DNA from: an uncultured beta proteobacterium
GTDB taxonomy: Bacteria; Pseudomonadota; Gammaproteobacteria; Burkholderiales; Burkholderiaceae_B
DNA: 58,028 bases
Assembly (NCBI GenBank): GCA_903958565.1
Contig: CAJBTJ010000255.1
Location: forward strand, 1 to 58,028
Direction: 5' to 3'
This document shows, piece by piece, positions 10,544-21,605 of the stretch. Within the stretch, counting starts at the first letter, position 1, and each line of letters opens with the position of its first letter. Below the pieces are notes generated by a model that worked only from the letters and a program-made list of their open reading frames with translations, was not told the DNA's origin and ran no database searches. Both the position numbers and the translations under genes were made by a program.

Positions 10544-10687
10544 GGGCGTGGGTTGATCCATTTCAGGGGGTTTACCCCTTGGTTTAGTGCTATGTGAGAG
10601 GCATATTTTGCCGTTACTTAAAGAATTATAAGTTATGATAGAAGGTCAATCGCTGCGCGATGCGCGCGTCAATATTTTTTTGGCTAG

Positions 10688-11737
<1,050 letters not shown>

Positions 11738-11757
11738 TTGCCCTGGACCTTCTGCAC

Positions 11758-11783
11758 TTCAAATCCACAAGTTTGGACTTGAA
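11758..11783 (+). other. Intercistronic stem-loop between mreB and mreC
   Basis: TTCAA-A-TCCA-CAAGTT-TGGA-C-TTGAA imperfect inverted repeat. Confidence 0.35.
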
Positions 11784-11818
11784 CATTTTGGGACCGGGTC
11801 ATTTTGTATTGAGTTTTC

Positions 11819-12736
11819 ATGCAACGACACGTCACCCTAAAACTTTTTCGGCAAGGCACCGCCGCCGAAGTTACGCTGACATTCCTCCTGCTCCTTGCGG
11901 TGGCGTTGTTGTTTACTGACGCGCTATGGAAGTCTTCGAACCCGGTTCGTCAGACAATTGCGACTGTCGTTTACCCATTTCAGCGGCTTGTGATGCTTCC
12001 TAAAGATGCGTTGAATGCGTTTGATGGCTGGTTAAATGCCGCCTCCTTGGTTAAGACAGAGAATGAGGCCCTCCAGCGTCAGCGCATTGAAATGGCACAA
12101 GTGACAACCCGCGCCGCTCTGCTCACCGCAGAGAACGAGCAGCTTCGACGTCTGCTGGGCGTTCTGGACAAAGCTGCCGATCGTCCCGCAGTGGTTGTGG
12201 AAGTGCTTTACGAGCCATCAAGTACCTTTGTGCGGCGGATTGTGTTTAACAAAGGGAGCCGCGCGGGCATTGCACCCGGGATGCCGGTGATCGATGAAAG
12301 TGGTGTGGTCGGTCAGATTACGCGTGTGACTGCAATGACCTCGGAGGCCGCGATGCTGACCGATGAGGCGGTGTCGATACCCGTACAGGTTTTGCGAAAC
12401 GGCCTTCGGCTGATTGCCTTTGGTTCTGGTTCACCAGGCAAAGTTGAAGTGCGTTATTTTTCGTCTGACGCGGATATCAAAGATGGCGATACGCTCGTGA
12501 CAAGCGGAGTGGGAGGCGTTTTTCCGCCAGGGTTATTCGTGGGTCGAATCGATCGCGTAGAGCGCAGCCCAGCCTCGGGCTTTGCGCGTGCGGAAGCCAA
12601 ACCTCTTTCGCATCCCGAGCGCAACCGACATTTTCTGGTACTACAGGTTTCACTAGACTCTGAGCAGGCGTTGCTGTCCCCAAGTGTCTCTCCGCTGGGA
12701 CCGCAGCCGGTCCGTGCGCCATCAAGCAGAAAGTAA
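11819..12736 (+). CDS. mreC: Rod shape-determining protein MreC
   Basis: N-terminal TM helix, coiled coil ENEQLRRLL, GVVGQI, GDTLVTSGVGGVFPPGL; operon position. Confidence 0.93.
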   Translation: MQRHVTLKLFRQGTAAEVTLTFLLLLAVALLFTDALWKSSNPVRQTIATVVYPFQRLVMLPKDALNAFDGWLNAASLVKTENEALQRQRIEMAQVTTRAALLTAENEQLRRLLGVLDKAADRPAVVVEVLYEPSSTFVRRIVFNKGSRAGIAPGMPVIDESGVVGQITRVTAMTSEAAMLTDEAVSIPVQVLRNGLRLIAFGSGSPGKVEVRYFSSDADIKDGDTLVTSGVGGVFPPGLFVGRIDRVERSPASGFARAEAKPLSHPERNRHFLVLQVSLDSEQALLSPSVSPLGPQPVRAPSSRK

Positions 12737-12749
12737 AAAGGAAGCGTCG

Positions 12750-13301
12750 ATGGCAAAGTATTCACTCGGAATCTCGTTGTCGCAAGCGCGAAATTTGCAG
12801 CCGCATTCCCTTCAGACCTCGATGGGTTGGCGTTACGTCTGGACCACAACGATTTGTGTTTGGCTGTTGTCCTTGTTGCCTTGGCGAAACTGGATCGCTA
12901 CGCCCGACATCCTGCTCGTGGTGATCGTTTTTTGGTCGTTTCATGAACCACGTCGCATGGGGATGGTTGCGGCATTCTGTTTCGGATTGACGCTCGATGT
13001 GCATGATGTGGGCCCACTTGGCTTGCAGGCACTACTGTATGCATTGATGGTGTACGGGACGCAACTGCTGTACCGTCGGCTGATGCGTTTTGATTTGTTG
13101 AGACAGGCGATGCATTTGATCCCCTTATTCGTTGGGGTCAAGTTTGTCACGGTCTTGTTGGGTGCCTTTTTAGTGAGTGCGTGGCCAGGGTGGGCGTGGT
13201 TGCCTGGCACATTGCTCACGGTTGCCTGTTGGCCGCTTGTTGGTTGGTTATTACTGTTGCCTCAGCATCGGATGGACGATGCTGGCACAGGCATTGGTTA
13301 A
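12750..13301 (+). CDS. mreD: Rod shape-determining protein MreD
   Basis: Hydrophobic; PDILLVVIVFWSFHEP, GLTLDVHD; between mreC and mrdA. Exact start uncertain. Confidence 0.88.
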   Translation: MAKYSLGISLSQARNLQPHSLQTSMGWRYVWTTTICVWLLSLLPWRNWIATPDILLVVIVFWSFHEPRRMGMVAAFCFGLTLDVHDVGPLGLQALLYALMVYGTQLLYRRLMRFDLLRQAMHLIPLFVGVKFVTVLLGAFLVSAWPGWAWLPGTLLTVACWPLVGWLLLLPQHRMDDAGTGIG

Positions 13302-13313
13302 AGCTCGCCGCGT

Positions 13314-15212
13314 ATGTTTGATTTTAAAAAAACGGATCAGCTTCAAAAAAACAAATTTTTGTTGAGAGCCGTCATGGCTGGACTGTTTGCGGTCGTCTGT
13401 TTCGCGGTACTTGTCATGCGCTTTTGGGTACTGCAAGTCGAGCGTCATGACAGCCTGTCGGCACGAGCGGACAGCAATCGCATGGCGGTTGTTCCGATCC
13501 CTCCGCGTCGCGGAGACATTCTGGATCGTAATGGTGAGGTGCTTGCACGAAACGTGCTGAGCTTTACTCTTGAGGTCGTGCCCGCCAAGGCAGGCAATAT
13601 TGATCAGCTATTGAGTAAATTAACGCCAGTTGTTTATGTTGGGCCGGCTGATCAGCGGCGCTTTAAGCGCAGAGTCGCTGAAAGCGGCCGGTACGCGGGT
13701 GTTGTATTGCGTAATAATTTAAATGAGACCGAGGCAGCGTGGTTTTCGGCGCACTCGATGCGCTTTCCGGGCGTTGAGCTCAGGGCGCGCTGGGTGCGCG
13801 AGTATCCTCAAGGTCAGGCTGCTGCCCATGTGGTTGGTTATGTTGGCCGTATATCCGAGTCAGATTTGCTTGGGCTTGAAGAAAGAAATGAGCTTGGCAA
13901 TTATCGTGGTACCGACATCATTGGCAAGAAGGGTATCGAAAAAACCTACGAGACACTGCTGCACGGCAAGACGGGTTTGGAAGAGCTAGAAATCACCGCA
14001 CGCGGGCGACCTGTCCGTGTGCTGCGCAAATTAGATCCCATGCCAGGTGCTAATTTGACGCTGTCGCTCGATATGGGGCTCCAGCGGATTGCTGAAGAGG
14101 CGTTTAAAGATATGCGTGGTGCTCTTGTTGCGATCGAGCCCGCTACCGGAGAAATTCTGGCGTTCGTATCACAGCCCTCGTTTGACCCTAATTTATTTGT
14201 GGACGGAATCGATGTCGAAAGTTGGCGACGCCTAAACGAATCTCCGGATCATCCTCTGATTAATCGACCTGTTTATGGAACCTATCCTGTTGGTTCGACC
14301 TATAAGCCCTTTGTGGCGCTCGCTGCACTGGAGCTTAATAAGCGACGTGCAAATGAGCGAATAGATGATCCGGGGTTTTTCGAGTTCGCAGGCCAGCGAT
14401 TTAGAAATGCTGGGTCAGCAGCGTTTGGCTCAATCGATATGCACCATGCGCTGGTCGTGTCATCGGACACCTACTTTTATTCTTTAGGCCCCGAGATCGG
14501 TGTCAATGCGTTGCACGACTTTATGAAGCCTTTTGGTTTTGGTCAATTAACTGGAGTAGATATCGAAGGAGAGCGCCGAGGCGTGCTGCCTTCAATAGAG
14601 TGGAAACGGTCGGCCTATAAAACGCGTGATCAGCAACGGTGGTATGCCGGTGAAACGGTCTCGGTAGCGGTTGGGCAAGGATATAACGCTTTCACATTAA
14701 TGCAGCTCGCCCAAGCCACAGCTGTTCTGGCAAATGATGGCGCGTACATGAAGCCGCAATTGCTGCGTTCTATTCGGGACGCATTGACGGGCGAGCAAAC
14801 GATGGTTGAGCCGCAAACAACACACAGGATTGCGCTAAAGCGAGAGAACTTGGAGGTCATCAGACGCGCCCTGACAGACGTGACGCTTTCTGGGACTGCC
14901 AGCCAAGCCTTTGTGGGTGCGCCCTATCAGACCGCCGGTAAGACCGGAACGGCGCAAGTCTACAGCCTGCGGGGGGCAAAGTATCAGAGCTCAGCAATCG
15001 ATGAACGCCTACGAGACCACGCGTTGTTTATGGCCTACGCACCAGCCAAACAGCCAAAAATCGCGGTAGCGGTACTCGTTGAAAACGCGGGCTGGGGCGG
15101 GAGTATTGCTGCTCCGATCGCACGCAAGGTATTTGACGCCTGGTTATTGCGTGATCAAAAGACCGCACCTGCGGTGTTAAGTAACGTGCCTGCACCACGA
15201 GGTGCGCAATGA
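13314..15212 (+). CDS. mrdA: Penicillin-binding protein 2
   Basis: PPRRGDILDRNG, SxxK (GSTYK), SxD (SSD), KTG (AGKTGTAQ). Confidence 0.96.
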   Translation: MFDFKKTDQLQKNKFLLRAVMAGLFAVVCFAVLVMRFWVLQVERHDSLSARADSNRMAVVPIPPRRGDILDRNGEVLARNVLSFTLEVVPAKAGNIDQLLSKLTPVVYVGPADQRRFKRRVAESGRYAGVVLRNNLNETEAAWFSAHSMRFPGVELRARWVREYPQGQAAAHVVGYVGRISESDLLGLEERNELGNYRGTDIIGKKGIEKTYETLLHGKTGLEELEITARGRPVRVLRKLDPMPGANLTLSLDMGLQRIAEEAFKDMRGALVAIEPATGEILAFVSQPSFDPNLFVDGIDVESWRRLNESPDHPLINRPVYGTYPVGSTYKPFVALAALELNKRRANERIDDPGFFEFAGQRFRNAGSAAFGSIDMHHALVVSSDTYFYSLGPEIGVNALHDFMKPFGFGQLTGVDIEGERRGVLPSIEWKRSAYKTRDQQRWYAGETVSVAVGQGYNAFTLMQLAQATAVLANDGAYMKPQLLRSIRDALTGEQTMVEPQTTHRIALKRENLEVIRRALTDVTLSGTASQAFVGAPYQTAGKTGTAQVYSLRGAKYQSSAIDERLRDHALFMAYAPAKQPKIAVAVLVENAGWGGSIAAPIARKVFDAWLLRDQKTAPAVLSNVPAPRGAQ

Positions 15213-16366
15213 AAATAATATTTAGATTTTGCGTGCGTGCTGTGACGGCAATCGATTGGCCCTTGATGGTCATATTATTTTTATTGGCGAGTGCAGGGCT
15301 TGTGGTGATGCATTCTGCAGTAGGTGGGACAGACTGGCGCTTCGCCGATCAAGTCCGTAACTTTGCGGTAGCCCTTGCCGCAATGTGGGTCGTTGCGATG
15401 ACGCCGCCGCACATCATTATTCGGTTGGCCATTCCGATTTATGTTTTAGGGCTGTTGCTCTTGCTCGGGGTGATGTTTGTTGGTGAAACGAGCAAAGGGG
15501 CGACGCGTTGGCTGAATTTGGGTTTTACGCGAATACAGCCCTCCGAGATCATGAAGATTGCCGCGCCGCTGATTTTGGTGTGGTATTTCCAATCACGCGA
15601 AGGTTCCGTGAGAGTCCTGGATTTTTTTATTGCGAGCGGACTACTGGCGGTTCCGTTTCTGTTGATAGTGAAGCAGCCAGACCTTGGTACGGCGTTGCTT
15701 GTTTTTGGAGCTGGTTTTTGTGTGATGTATTTTGCGGGCTTGTCCTTCAAGTTGCTTGTACCGTTGTTGATTGCCGGAGTAGTTGGCATTGTCAGTGTTG
15801 TGGCGTACCAAGAAGAGTTGTGTCAGCCGGATACTGCCTGGGTTGGTTTTCACGACTATCAAAAGCATCGGGTTTGCACGTTGCTTGACCCGACGACTGA
15901 TCCGCTAGGCAAGGGTTTTCATATCATTCAGTCGACGATCGCCGTCGGATCGGGTGGCGTTTACGGTAAAGGCTATATGGCGGGCACGCAAAGCCAACTC
16001 GATTTCATTCCCGAGAGGACAACAGATTTTATTTTCGCTGTCTTTGCAGAAGAGTTTGGTTTGTACGGTGGCGTCACGCTTTTGGTGTTGTATCTTGTTT
16101 TGATTGCCCGAGGTTTATCGATAGCGGTTGGGGCGTCCACGCACGCGAGTCGCTTGCTCGCGGGAGCACTCACCATGGTGCTATTTGTCTATGTCTTTGT
16201 AAATATTGGTATGGTGATCGGCATTTTGCCCGTTGTAGGCGTGCCGTTGCCATTTTTGAGCTATGGTGGGACGGCCTTGCTCACGATTGGAATCGCCTGT
16301 GGCATTCTCATGAGTATTAGCAAGTATCGTTCGCCGCAAGACAATGAGCAACGCAGTTTTACCTGA
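15209..16366 (+). CDS. rodA: SEDS glycosyltransferase RodA
   Basis: GATRWL, IQPSEIMK, QPDLGT, PERTTDFIF, PFLSYGGT. Confidence 0.96.
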   Translation: MKIIFRFCVRAVTAIDWPLMVILFLLASAGLVVMHSAVGGTDWRFADQVRNFAVALAAMWVVAMTPPHIIIRLAIPIYVLGLLLLLGVMFVGETSKGATRWLNLGFTRIQPSEIMKIAAPLILVWYFQSREGSVRVLDFFIASGLLAVPFLLIVKQPDLGTALLVFGAGFCVMYFAGLSFKLLVPLLIAGVVGIVSVVAYQEELCQPDTAWVGFHDYQKHRVCTLLDPTTDPLGKGFHIIQSTIAVGSGGVYGKGYMAGTQSQLDFIPERTTDFIFAVFAEEFGLYGGVTLLVLYLVLIARGLSIAVGASTHASRLLAGALTMVLFVYVFVNIGMVIGILPVVGVPLPFLSYGGTALLTIGIACGILMSISKYRSPQDNEQRSFT

Positions 16367-17444
16367 GCACGTTGTCGTTTACTAATCCAAGCAGTAGCTT
16401 GCGAATGGGTGCGGGTAGTCCTTTGCTGTGCAGTGCACTTATTTTGGTCCAATGAAGTGTGGGCTTGCTAAAGGATTGTTCGGCTGCAGAAGACTTGAGT
16501 TCGCTCGTTCGTGCGATCACTGGTGCAATCGTCAGGCGATAGTGCGTAAAAACATGTAAAAAAGCTGGAAGCCTCTCAATCTCGGTGACGTGGAGACCGA
16601 GTGACGCGCAGAAGTCGGTGCTCGATACGTCAGGACTAAACTCTGGCAGACTCCACAGGCCTCCCCAAATCCCGGTTGCTGGTCGTTGTTCAAGCAAAAT
16701 GTGACCTGGTCGATGCGCAAGCATGATCGCGACGCTGCGCTCAGGTAGAGTCTTGCGAGTTCGCGCGAAAGGTAACTCATCGGTTCGCCCCTCTTTGCGC
16801 GCAGCGCAGTCGGAATGGATTGGACAATCCTGACAGCGCGGTCGATTGCGTGTGCATAGCGTTGCGCCCAGATCCATTAAGCCTTGTGTGTAAGTGGCCA
16901 TCGCATTTGCATCTTCGTTACAGGCGCGTGCAGAAGGTAATTGTTCGCGTGCCATGTCCCAAAGTCGTTGCTCGACAGCCCGAGTGCTTGGGTCGCCTTC
17001 TATCCCTCCATGTCGCGCGAAGACGCGTTTTACATTGCCGTCCAAGATCGCCGCACGCTCACCAAAGCAAAACGCGGCGATTGCAGCTGCTGTGGAGGGA
17101 CCGATGCCCGGCAGCGTGACTAACTCTTGAGCGGTGGTCGGAAAGCTTCCTCCCCAGTCATTGACGACGCGCTGTGCGCAGGCATGTAGGTTGCGGGCGC
17201 GGGCGTAGTACCCAAGGCCGGCCCATTGAGCCATCACCTGGGGTGCCTTGGCCTGAGCAAGTTTCTTTACAGTGGGAAATGCTTTGAGGAAGCGCGCGTA
17301 GTACTCAATCACAGCGGCAACTTGAGTTTGTTGCAGCATGATTTCCGATAGCCAAACTCGGTAGGGATCGCGTGTCTGCTGCCACGGCAAGCCATGTCGA
17401 CCGTGCACACGCTGCCATGCTATGAGTCGCGGGGCGATGCGCAT
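16359..17444 (-). CDS. mutY: A/G-specific adenine glycosylase
   Basis: WLSEIMLQQTQV, GLGYYARARNLH, LPGIGPSTA, DGNVKRV, CTRNRPRCQDCPIHSDC Fe-S motif. Confidence 0.96.
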   Translation of the reverse strand: MRIAPRLIAWQRVHGRHGLPWQQTRDPYRVWLSEIMLQQTQVAAVIEYYARFLKAFPTVKKLAQAKAPQVMAQWAGLGYYARARNLHACAQRVVNDWGGSFPTTAQELVTLPGIGPSTAAAIAAFCFGERAAILDGNVKRVFARHGGIEGDPSTRAVEQRLWDMAREQLPSARACNEDANAMATYTQGLMDLGATLCTRNRPRCQDCPIHSDCAARKEGRTDELPFARTRKTLPERSVAIMLAHRPGHILLEQRPATGIWGGLWSLPEFSPDVSSTDFCASLGLHVTEIERLPAFLHVFTHYRLTIAPVIARTSELKSSAAEQSFSKPTLHWTKISALHSKGLPAPIRKLLLGLVNDNVLR

Positions 17445-17459
17445 GTTCGGTCGAGGCTG

Positions 17460-18368
17460 TTAGAAGCGGGTATTTCGTTCGACAGACCAGCGCGCCGAAA
17501 GGGCGCCTAAGCAGGCGACGGATAGGACAGCGATGCAAAGCACTGGGATGGAGGGTAAGGCAAGCGCGAACTCGGCGTCGTAGCTGCGCGCCAGGGAGGC
17601 TAGCGCATCGTTGAGCGGCATGAGAGCGCCACGCGCAATACCGATACTAATCAGTGCAGCGATTGTGCATGTCAGGGCCCCAAGATATAAAAAGGGTCGG
17701 CGAACAAAGCCTTCAGTGGCGCCCACCAGTCGGGCAACACCAATCTCTTCGCGCTGTGAAAGTGCTTGCATGCGTACGGTATTGAAAACTGTTGCGAGGA
17801 CGACCAAGATGACACTGAGTGCCAGCAGCAGCAGACCAACTTTGCCAAAACGCAGCAAGGCCTCTAGGCGTTGCACCCACGCGCTGTCGAGCTGAACGAG
17901 GTCGATATTGGGCCAAGACCGCCAAACGCGCGCCAATTCGTCGGCGCGCGCAGCGAGATCCTCGCCTGGGGTGAAGGCGACGACGACGGCATCGGGCAGT
18001 GGGTTGCTGGGAAGAACCTTGAGTGCCTGCTCCCAGGCTGGGTTTTCACGCAAATCCTTCAGTGCACGGTCTTTAGGGATGATACGCACGCCGGACACTT
18101 GGTGCGCGTGTTCAGAGCGAATGCGTTTCGCCAGTTGCTCTGCAGCGGTGCTCGCCGCATCCGGTTTGAGAAAAATAGTCAGTTCAGGCGTGACCGACAC
18201 CTGCCGTGCGACAGGCTCGATGGACACCAGCAGTGATGCGCCTAGCAAAGGCAGCGAGAGCGCGAGTGCGATGACAAGGAGGTTGGTGAGTGAGGAAATT
18301 GGCTGGGAGATCAATCGACGCAACGTGACTGCTAGAGCGTAGCGGTGCTGGCGCAAGAGGCTTTTCAT
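17460..18368 (-). CDS. ftsX: Cell division ABC permease FtsX
   Basis: NPLPDAVVV, WVQRL, NTVRMQ...EEIGVARLVGATEGFVRRPFLY. Confidence 0.92.
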   Translation of the reverse strand: MKSLLRQHRYALAVTLRRLISQPISSLTNLLVIALALSLPLLGASLLVSIEPVARQVSVTPELTIFLKPDAASTAAEQLAKRIRSEHAHQVSGVRIIPKDRALKDLRENPAWEQALKVLPSNPLPDAVVVAFTPGEDLAARADELARVWRSWPNIDLVQLDSAWVQRLEALLRFGKVGLLLLALSVILVVLATVFNTVRMQALSQREEIGVARLVGATEGFVRRPFLYLGALTCTIAALISIGIARGALMPLNDALASLARSYDAEFALALPSIPVLCIAVLSVACLGALSARWSVERNTRF

Positions 18369-19108
18369 GAGCGGTCACCCCCAAGTGAGGGCTCATTTCT
18401 TTCAGGCAATTGATTTAACACAACATGTTTGTGTGTGGGCACTCGCTTCTGGGCTGAGTCGGCGAAACGACCCGGATCAATTTTGAATGCTCGCGTGGCA
18501 TATTCGGCCATCAGCTCGTCGTCGTGAGACGCAATGACCGTAGTGACCCCTACCCGGTTGAAGTCTTTAAAAACAGACATGATGCGACGGGCCGTTTCGC
18601 GGTCTAGGCTTGCGGTCGGTTCGTCTGCGATCAGAATCGCAGGGCGATTAACGATTGCTCGCGCAATGGCCAATCTTTGCTGTTCCCCACCCGAGAGTTC
18701 GATCGGTGGTGCGCTTTCTTTGGCGGATAAACCGACTTTTTCTAGCGCTGCACGGGCTCGGGCACGCGAAACGTCAGCCGCCAAGCCGGTTACTGCCAGG
18801 GGCAGCAATACATTATCAATCACGCTGCGGTCATATAACAGCCGTGTGTCTTGCAAAATGACACCGACGGCCCGTCTCAAATAGGGCCTGGCCCGTGCTG
18901 ACAAATTCTCTAAACGCTGGCCGTTAACCTGAATTGAGCCCCTGGAAGGGGGTTCCAGGCCACCAATTAATTTGAGCAGCGTAGATTTTCCGGCGCCAGA
19001 CGGGCCTGCGACGTATACAAATTCGCCGGCTGACACCTTGAAGCTAATATCGGCCAGAATGCTGCGACCTTGGCCGTAGGATTTGAAAACGTGTTGGAAT
19101 TCAATCAT
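18365..19108 (-). CDS. ftsE: Cell division ATP-binding protein FtsE
   Basis: GPSGAGKSTLLK, LSGGEQQR, IADEPT, GVTTVIASHD; coupled to ftsX. Confidence 0.92.
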   Translation of the reverse strand: MIEFQHVFKSYGQGRSILADISFKVSAGEFVYVAGPSGAGKSTLLKLIGGLEPPSRGSIQVNGQRLENLSARARPYLRRAVGVILQDTRLLYDRSVIDNVLLPLAVTGLAADVSRARARAALEKVGLSAKESAPPIELSGGEQQRLAIARAIVNRPAILIADEPTASLDRETARRIMSVFKDFNRVGVTTVIASHDDELMAEYATRAFKIDPGRFADSAQKRVPTHKHVVLNQLPERNEPSLGGDRS

Positions 19109-19338
19109 GGTTGAACCGAGTAGAAGGCAACATCATAACGCCCCGTCATGCACATATAAAGATTATGGGCGGTTGGCACCAAATTGGGTATCTTTTGCAC
19201 TCTTCTGGGAGATTGACTGCAAGGGATTTCCCCCATACATTGGGCTCATGGGTAAGGCTACTATTGGTGCCTTGCACAAATTATTAACTCGACATTCCCT
19301 AGGTTTGTCGCCCCCCGTCGTGATCTGGAGATCGACTT

Positions 19339-20355
19339 ATGAAATTTTTAAAACTTGCACTCGTTGGCGCAGCACTTATCGCTGCCAACACAGCCGTTCA
19401 AGCGGGCCCAACCTTTGACGCCGTCAAGAAAAAAGGTTTTGTTCAGTGCGGTACAAACACAGGCTTGTCGGGTTTCTCGGCACCAGATAGCAAAGGCGTT
19501 TGGTCGGGCTTGGACATCGACTTGTGCCGCGCTTTCGCCGCCACAATGTTTGGTGATTCGACAAAATTTAAGGTAACTCCACTGACCGCCCAGCAGCGCT
19601 TCACGGCTCTGCAGTCTGGAGAGATCGACGTGCTGGTGCGTAACACCACCCAGACAATGACACGTGACACATCATTGGGCCTGATCGGCGTTGCCGTGAA
19701 CTTCTACGACAGCCAGGGCATCATGGTTCGCAAGGACAGCGGCCTCAAGAGTGCCAAAGAGCTTAACGGCGCCACAATCTGTGTACAACCAGGTACAACA
19801 ACCGAATTGAACCTGGCTGACTGGTTCCGTGCCAACAAGCTGACGTTCAAACCAGTGGTGATTGAGAAGCTGGACGAAGTTGTTCGCGCTTTTGTGTCAG
19901 GTCGTTGCGATGCCTACACGACAGACAAGTCGGGTTTGGCTTCTTCGCGTTCGTCACTCGACAAACCTGAAAACTACGTCATCTTGCCTGAAGACTTCTC
20001 CAAAGAGCCTCTCGGCCCGTTGGTTCGTCAGGGCGATGAGCAGTGGCTAAACGTTGTACGTTGGAGCTTTAACGCAATGGTCGAGGCCGAAGAGTACGGC
20101 ATCACCCAGAAAAACGTCGACGAAATGCTCAAGAGCACCAACCCGAACGTCCAGCGTATTCTGGGTGTTACACCAGGAATGGGTAAGAACTTGGGCGTAG
20201 ACGAGAAGTGGGCCTACAACATCATCAAGGCTGTGGGTAACTACGGCGAAAGCTTTGAGCGCAACATCGGTGCGAAAACACCCTTGAAACTTGAGCGTGG
20301 TCTGAACCAGCAGTGGACGAAAGGCGGCATCCTGTACGCCTGGCCAATTCGTTAA
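19339..20355 (+). CDS. aapJ: General L-amino acid ABC transporter substrate-binding protein
   Basis: RFTALQSGEIDVL, GRCDAYTTDKS, SKEPLGP, VGNYGESFERN; GGAG RBS. Confidence 0.92.
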   Translation: MKFLKLALVGAALIAANTAVQAGPTFDAVKKKGFVQCGTNTGLSGFSAPDSKGVWSGLDIDLCRAFAATMFGDSTKFKVTPLTAQQRFTALQSGEIDVLVRNTTQTMTRDTSLGLIGVAVNFYDSQGIMVRKDSGLKSAKELNGATICVQPGTTTELNLADWFRANKLTFKPVVIEKLDEVVRAFVSGRCDAYTTDKSGLASSRSSLDKPENYVILPEDFSKEPLGPLVRQGDEQWLNVVRWSFNAMVEAEEYGITQKNVDEMLKSTNPNVQRILGVTPGMGKNLGVDEKWAYNIIKAVGNYGESFERNIGAKTPLKLERGLNQQWTKGGILYAWPIR

Positions 20356-20371
20356 TTACTGTTGACTCCTA

Positions 20372-20408
20372 GGGGCGATCGCGCGTGCAACTGCTCGTGC
20401 ATCGCCCC
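20372..20408 (+). other. GC-rich stem-loop after aapJ (mRNA stabiliser or partial terminator)
   Basis: GGGGCGAT...ATCGCCCC outer stem with further inner pairing; no U-tract. Typical position after an SBP gene. Confidence 0.55.
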
Positions 20409-20416
20409 AACTCATC

Positions 20417-21604
20417 ATGAATCTTAAAGATACTCCTCCAGTGCAGCCGCCACGCCGGCGCTTGTCCTGGAATGATCCGGGCGTGCGTTCGGTCATCTAT
20501 CAAATTCTTGCTGTCGGAATTGTTGGTGGCATCGTTTGGTACCTTGTGCACAACACGATGCACAATTTGTCGGTTCGTAACATTACGACCGGTTTTGGCT
20601 TCTTAAGTCGCGAGGCAGGGTTCGCGATTGGTGAAACACCCATCAGCTATACGCCAGCGGACACCTATGCCCGCGCGATTACCGTTGGACTACTCAACAC
20701 GTTACGCGTCGCCTTGATCGGCATCATTCTTGCCACACTACTCGGCACAATTATTGGTATTGCTCGACTTTCGAAAAACTGGTTGATCCGAAAAATCTCC
20801 AGTGTTTACGTTGAAGTCATGCGCAATATTCCTTTGTTGTTGCAGCTCTTCTTTTGGTACGCCATTATTTCTGAAACCATGCCTGGTCCGCGAAAAGCCT
20901 ACCATCCGCTGCCTGGCGTGTTCGTTTCTAACCGTGGCATTAAGATGCCTACGTTGGAGGGGGATGGATTGAGTTGGCTCTTCCTGGGCCTGTTGTTGGC
21001 GATCGTGATTATTATTGGGTTGCGCCGCTGGGCGCGTCAGAGACAGGAGCGCACAGGCCAGATTTTTCCGATGCTGCGCTGGGCAATCGGTTTGCTCATG
21101 CTGTGCCCTGCCGTGGTGTGGTGGTTCAGCGGCACCAATCTGTACTTCGAAGTGCCAGAGCTAAAGGGTTTCAACTTTGTTGGTGGAATGACCCTCTCGC
21201 CCGAATTCGCGGCGCTACTATTTGGTCTTGTCATCTACACCTCTGGCTTTATCGCCGAGGTTGTGCGTTCCGGCATTCAGTCTGTCGGACGTGGTCAGTG
21301 GGAGGCGGCCGACGCCCTTGGTTTGAAGAACACCTTGGTGTTGCGCTTGGTCGTTTTGCCTCAAGCCTTGCGTGTGATTATTCCTCCGATGACAAGCCAG
21401 TACCTCAATATCACAAAGAATAGTTCGTTGGCAGTCGCGATCGGCTACCCCGATATTGTCTCGATTATTAACACCACCTTGAATCAGACCGGCCAGGCCA
21501 TCGAAGGTATTTTGATGATCATGGCTGCGTACCTAACGGTTAGCTTGTCGATCTCGGTGTTTATGAATTGGTACAACAAACGTATAGCCTTGGTGGAAAG
21601 ATAA
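20417..21604 (+). CDS. aapQ: Amino acid ABC permease
   Basis: GFGFLSREAGFAIGE, RNIPLLLQL, AEVVRSGIQSV..GQWEAA, KNSSLAVAIGYPD. Confidence 0.92.
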   Translation: MNLKDTPPVQPPRRRLSWNDPGVRSVIYQILAVGIVGGIVWYLVHNTMHNLSVRNITTGFGFLSREAGFAIGETPISYTPADTYARAITVGLLNTLRVALIGIILATLLGTIIGIARLSKNWLIRKISSVYVEVMRNIPLLLQLFFWYAIISETMPGPRKAYHPLPGVFVSNRGIKMPTLEGDGLSWLFLGLLLAIVIIIGLRRWARQRQERTGQIFPMLRWAIGLLMLCPAVVWWFSGTNLYFEVPELKGFNFVGGMTLSPEFAALLFGLVIYTSGFIAEVVRSGIQSVGRGQWEAADALGLKNTLVLRLVVLPQALRVIIPPMTSQYLNITKNSSLAVAIGYPDIVSIINTTLNQTGQAIEGILMIMAAYLTVSLSISVFMNWYNKRIALVER

Positions 21605-21605
21605 G

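Noticed and set aside
19173-19188. Sigma54 promoter call
   Set aside because: The -12 GC is GG, so it is not annotated as a promoter and is only mentioned as a near match.
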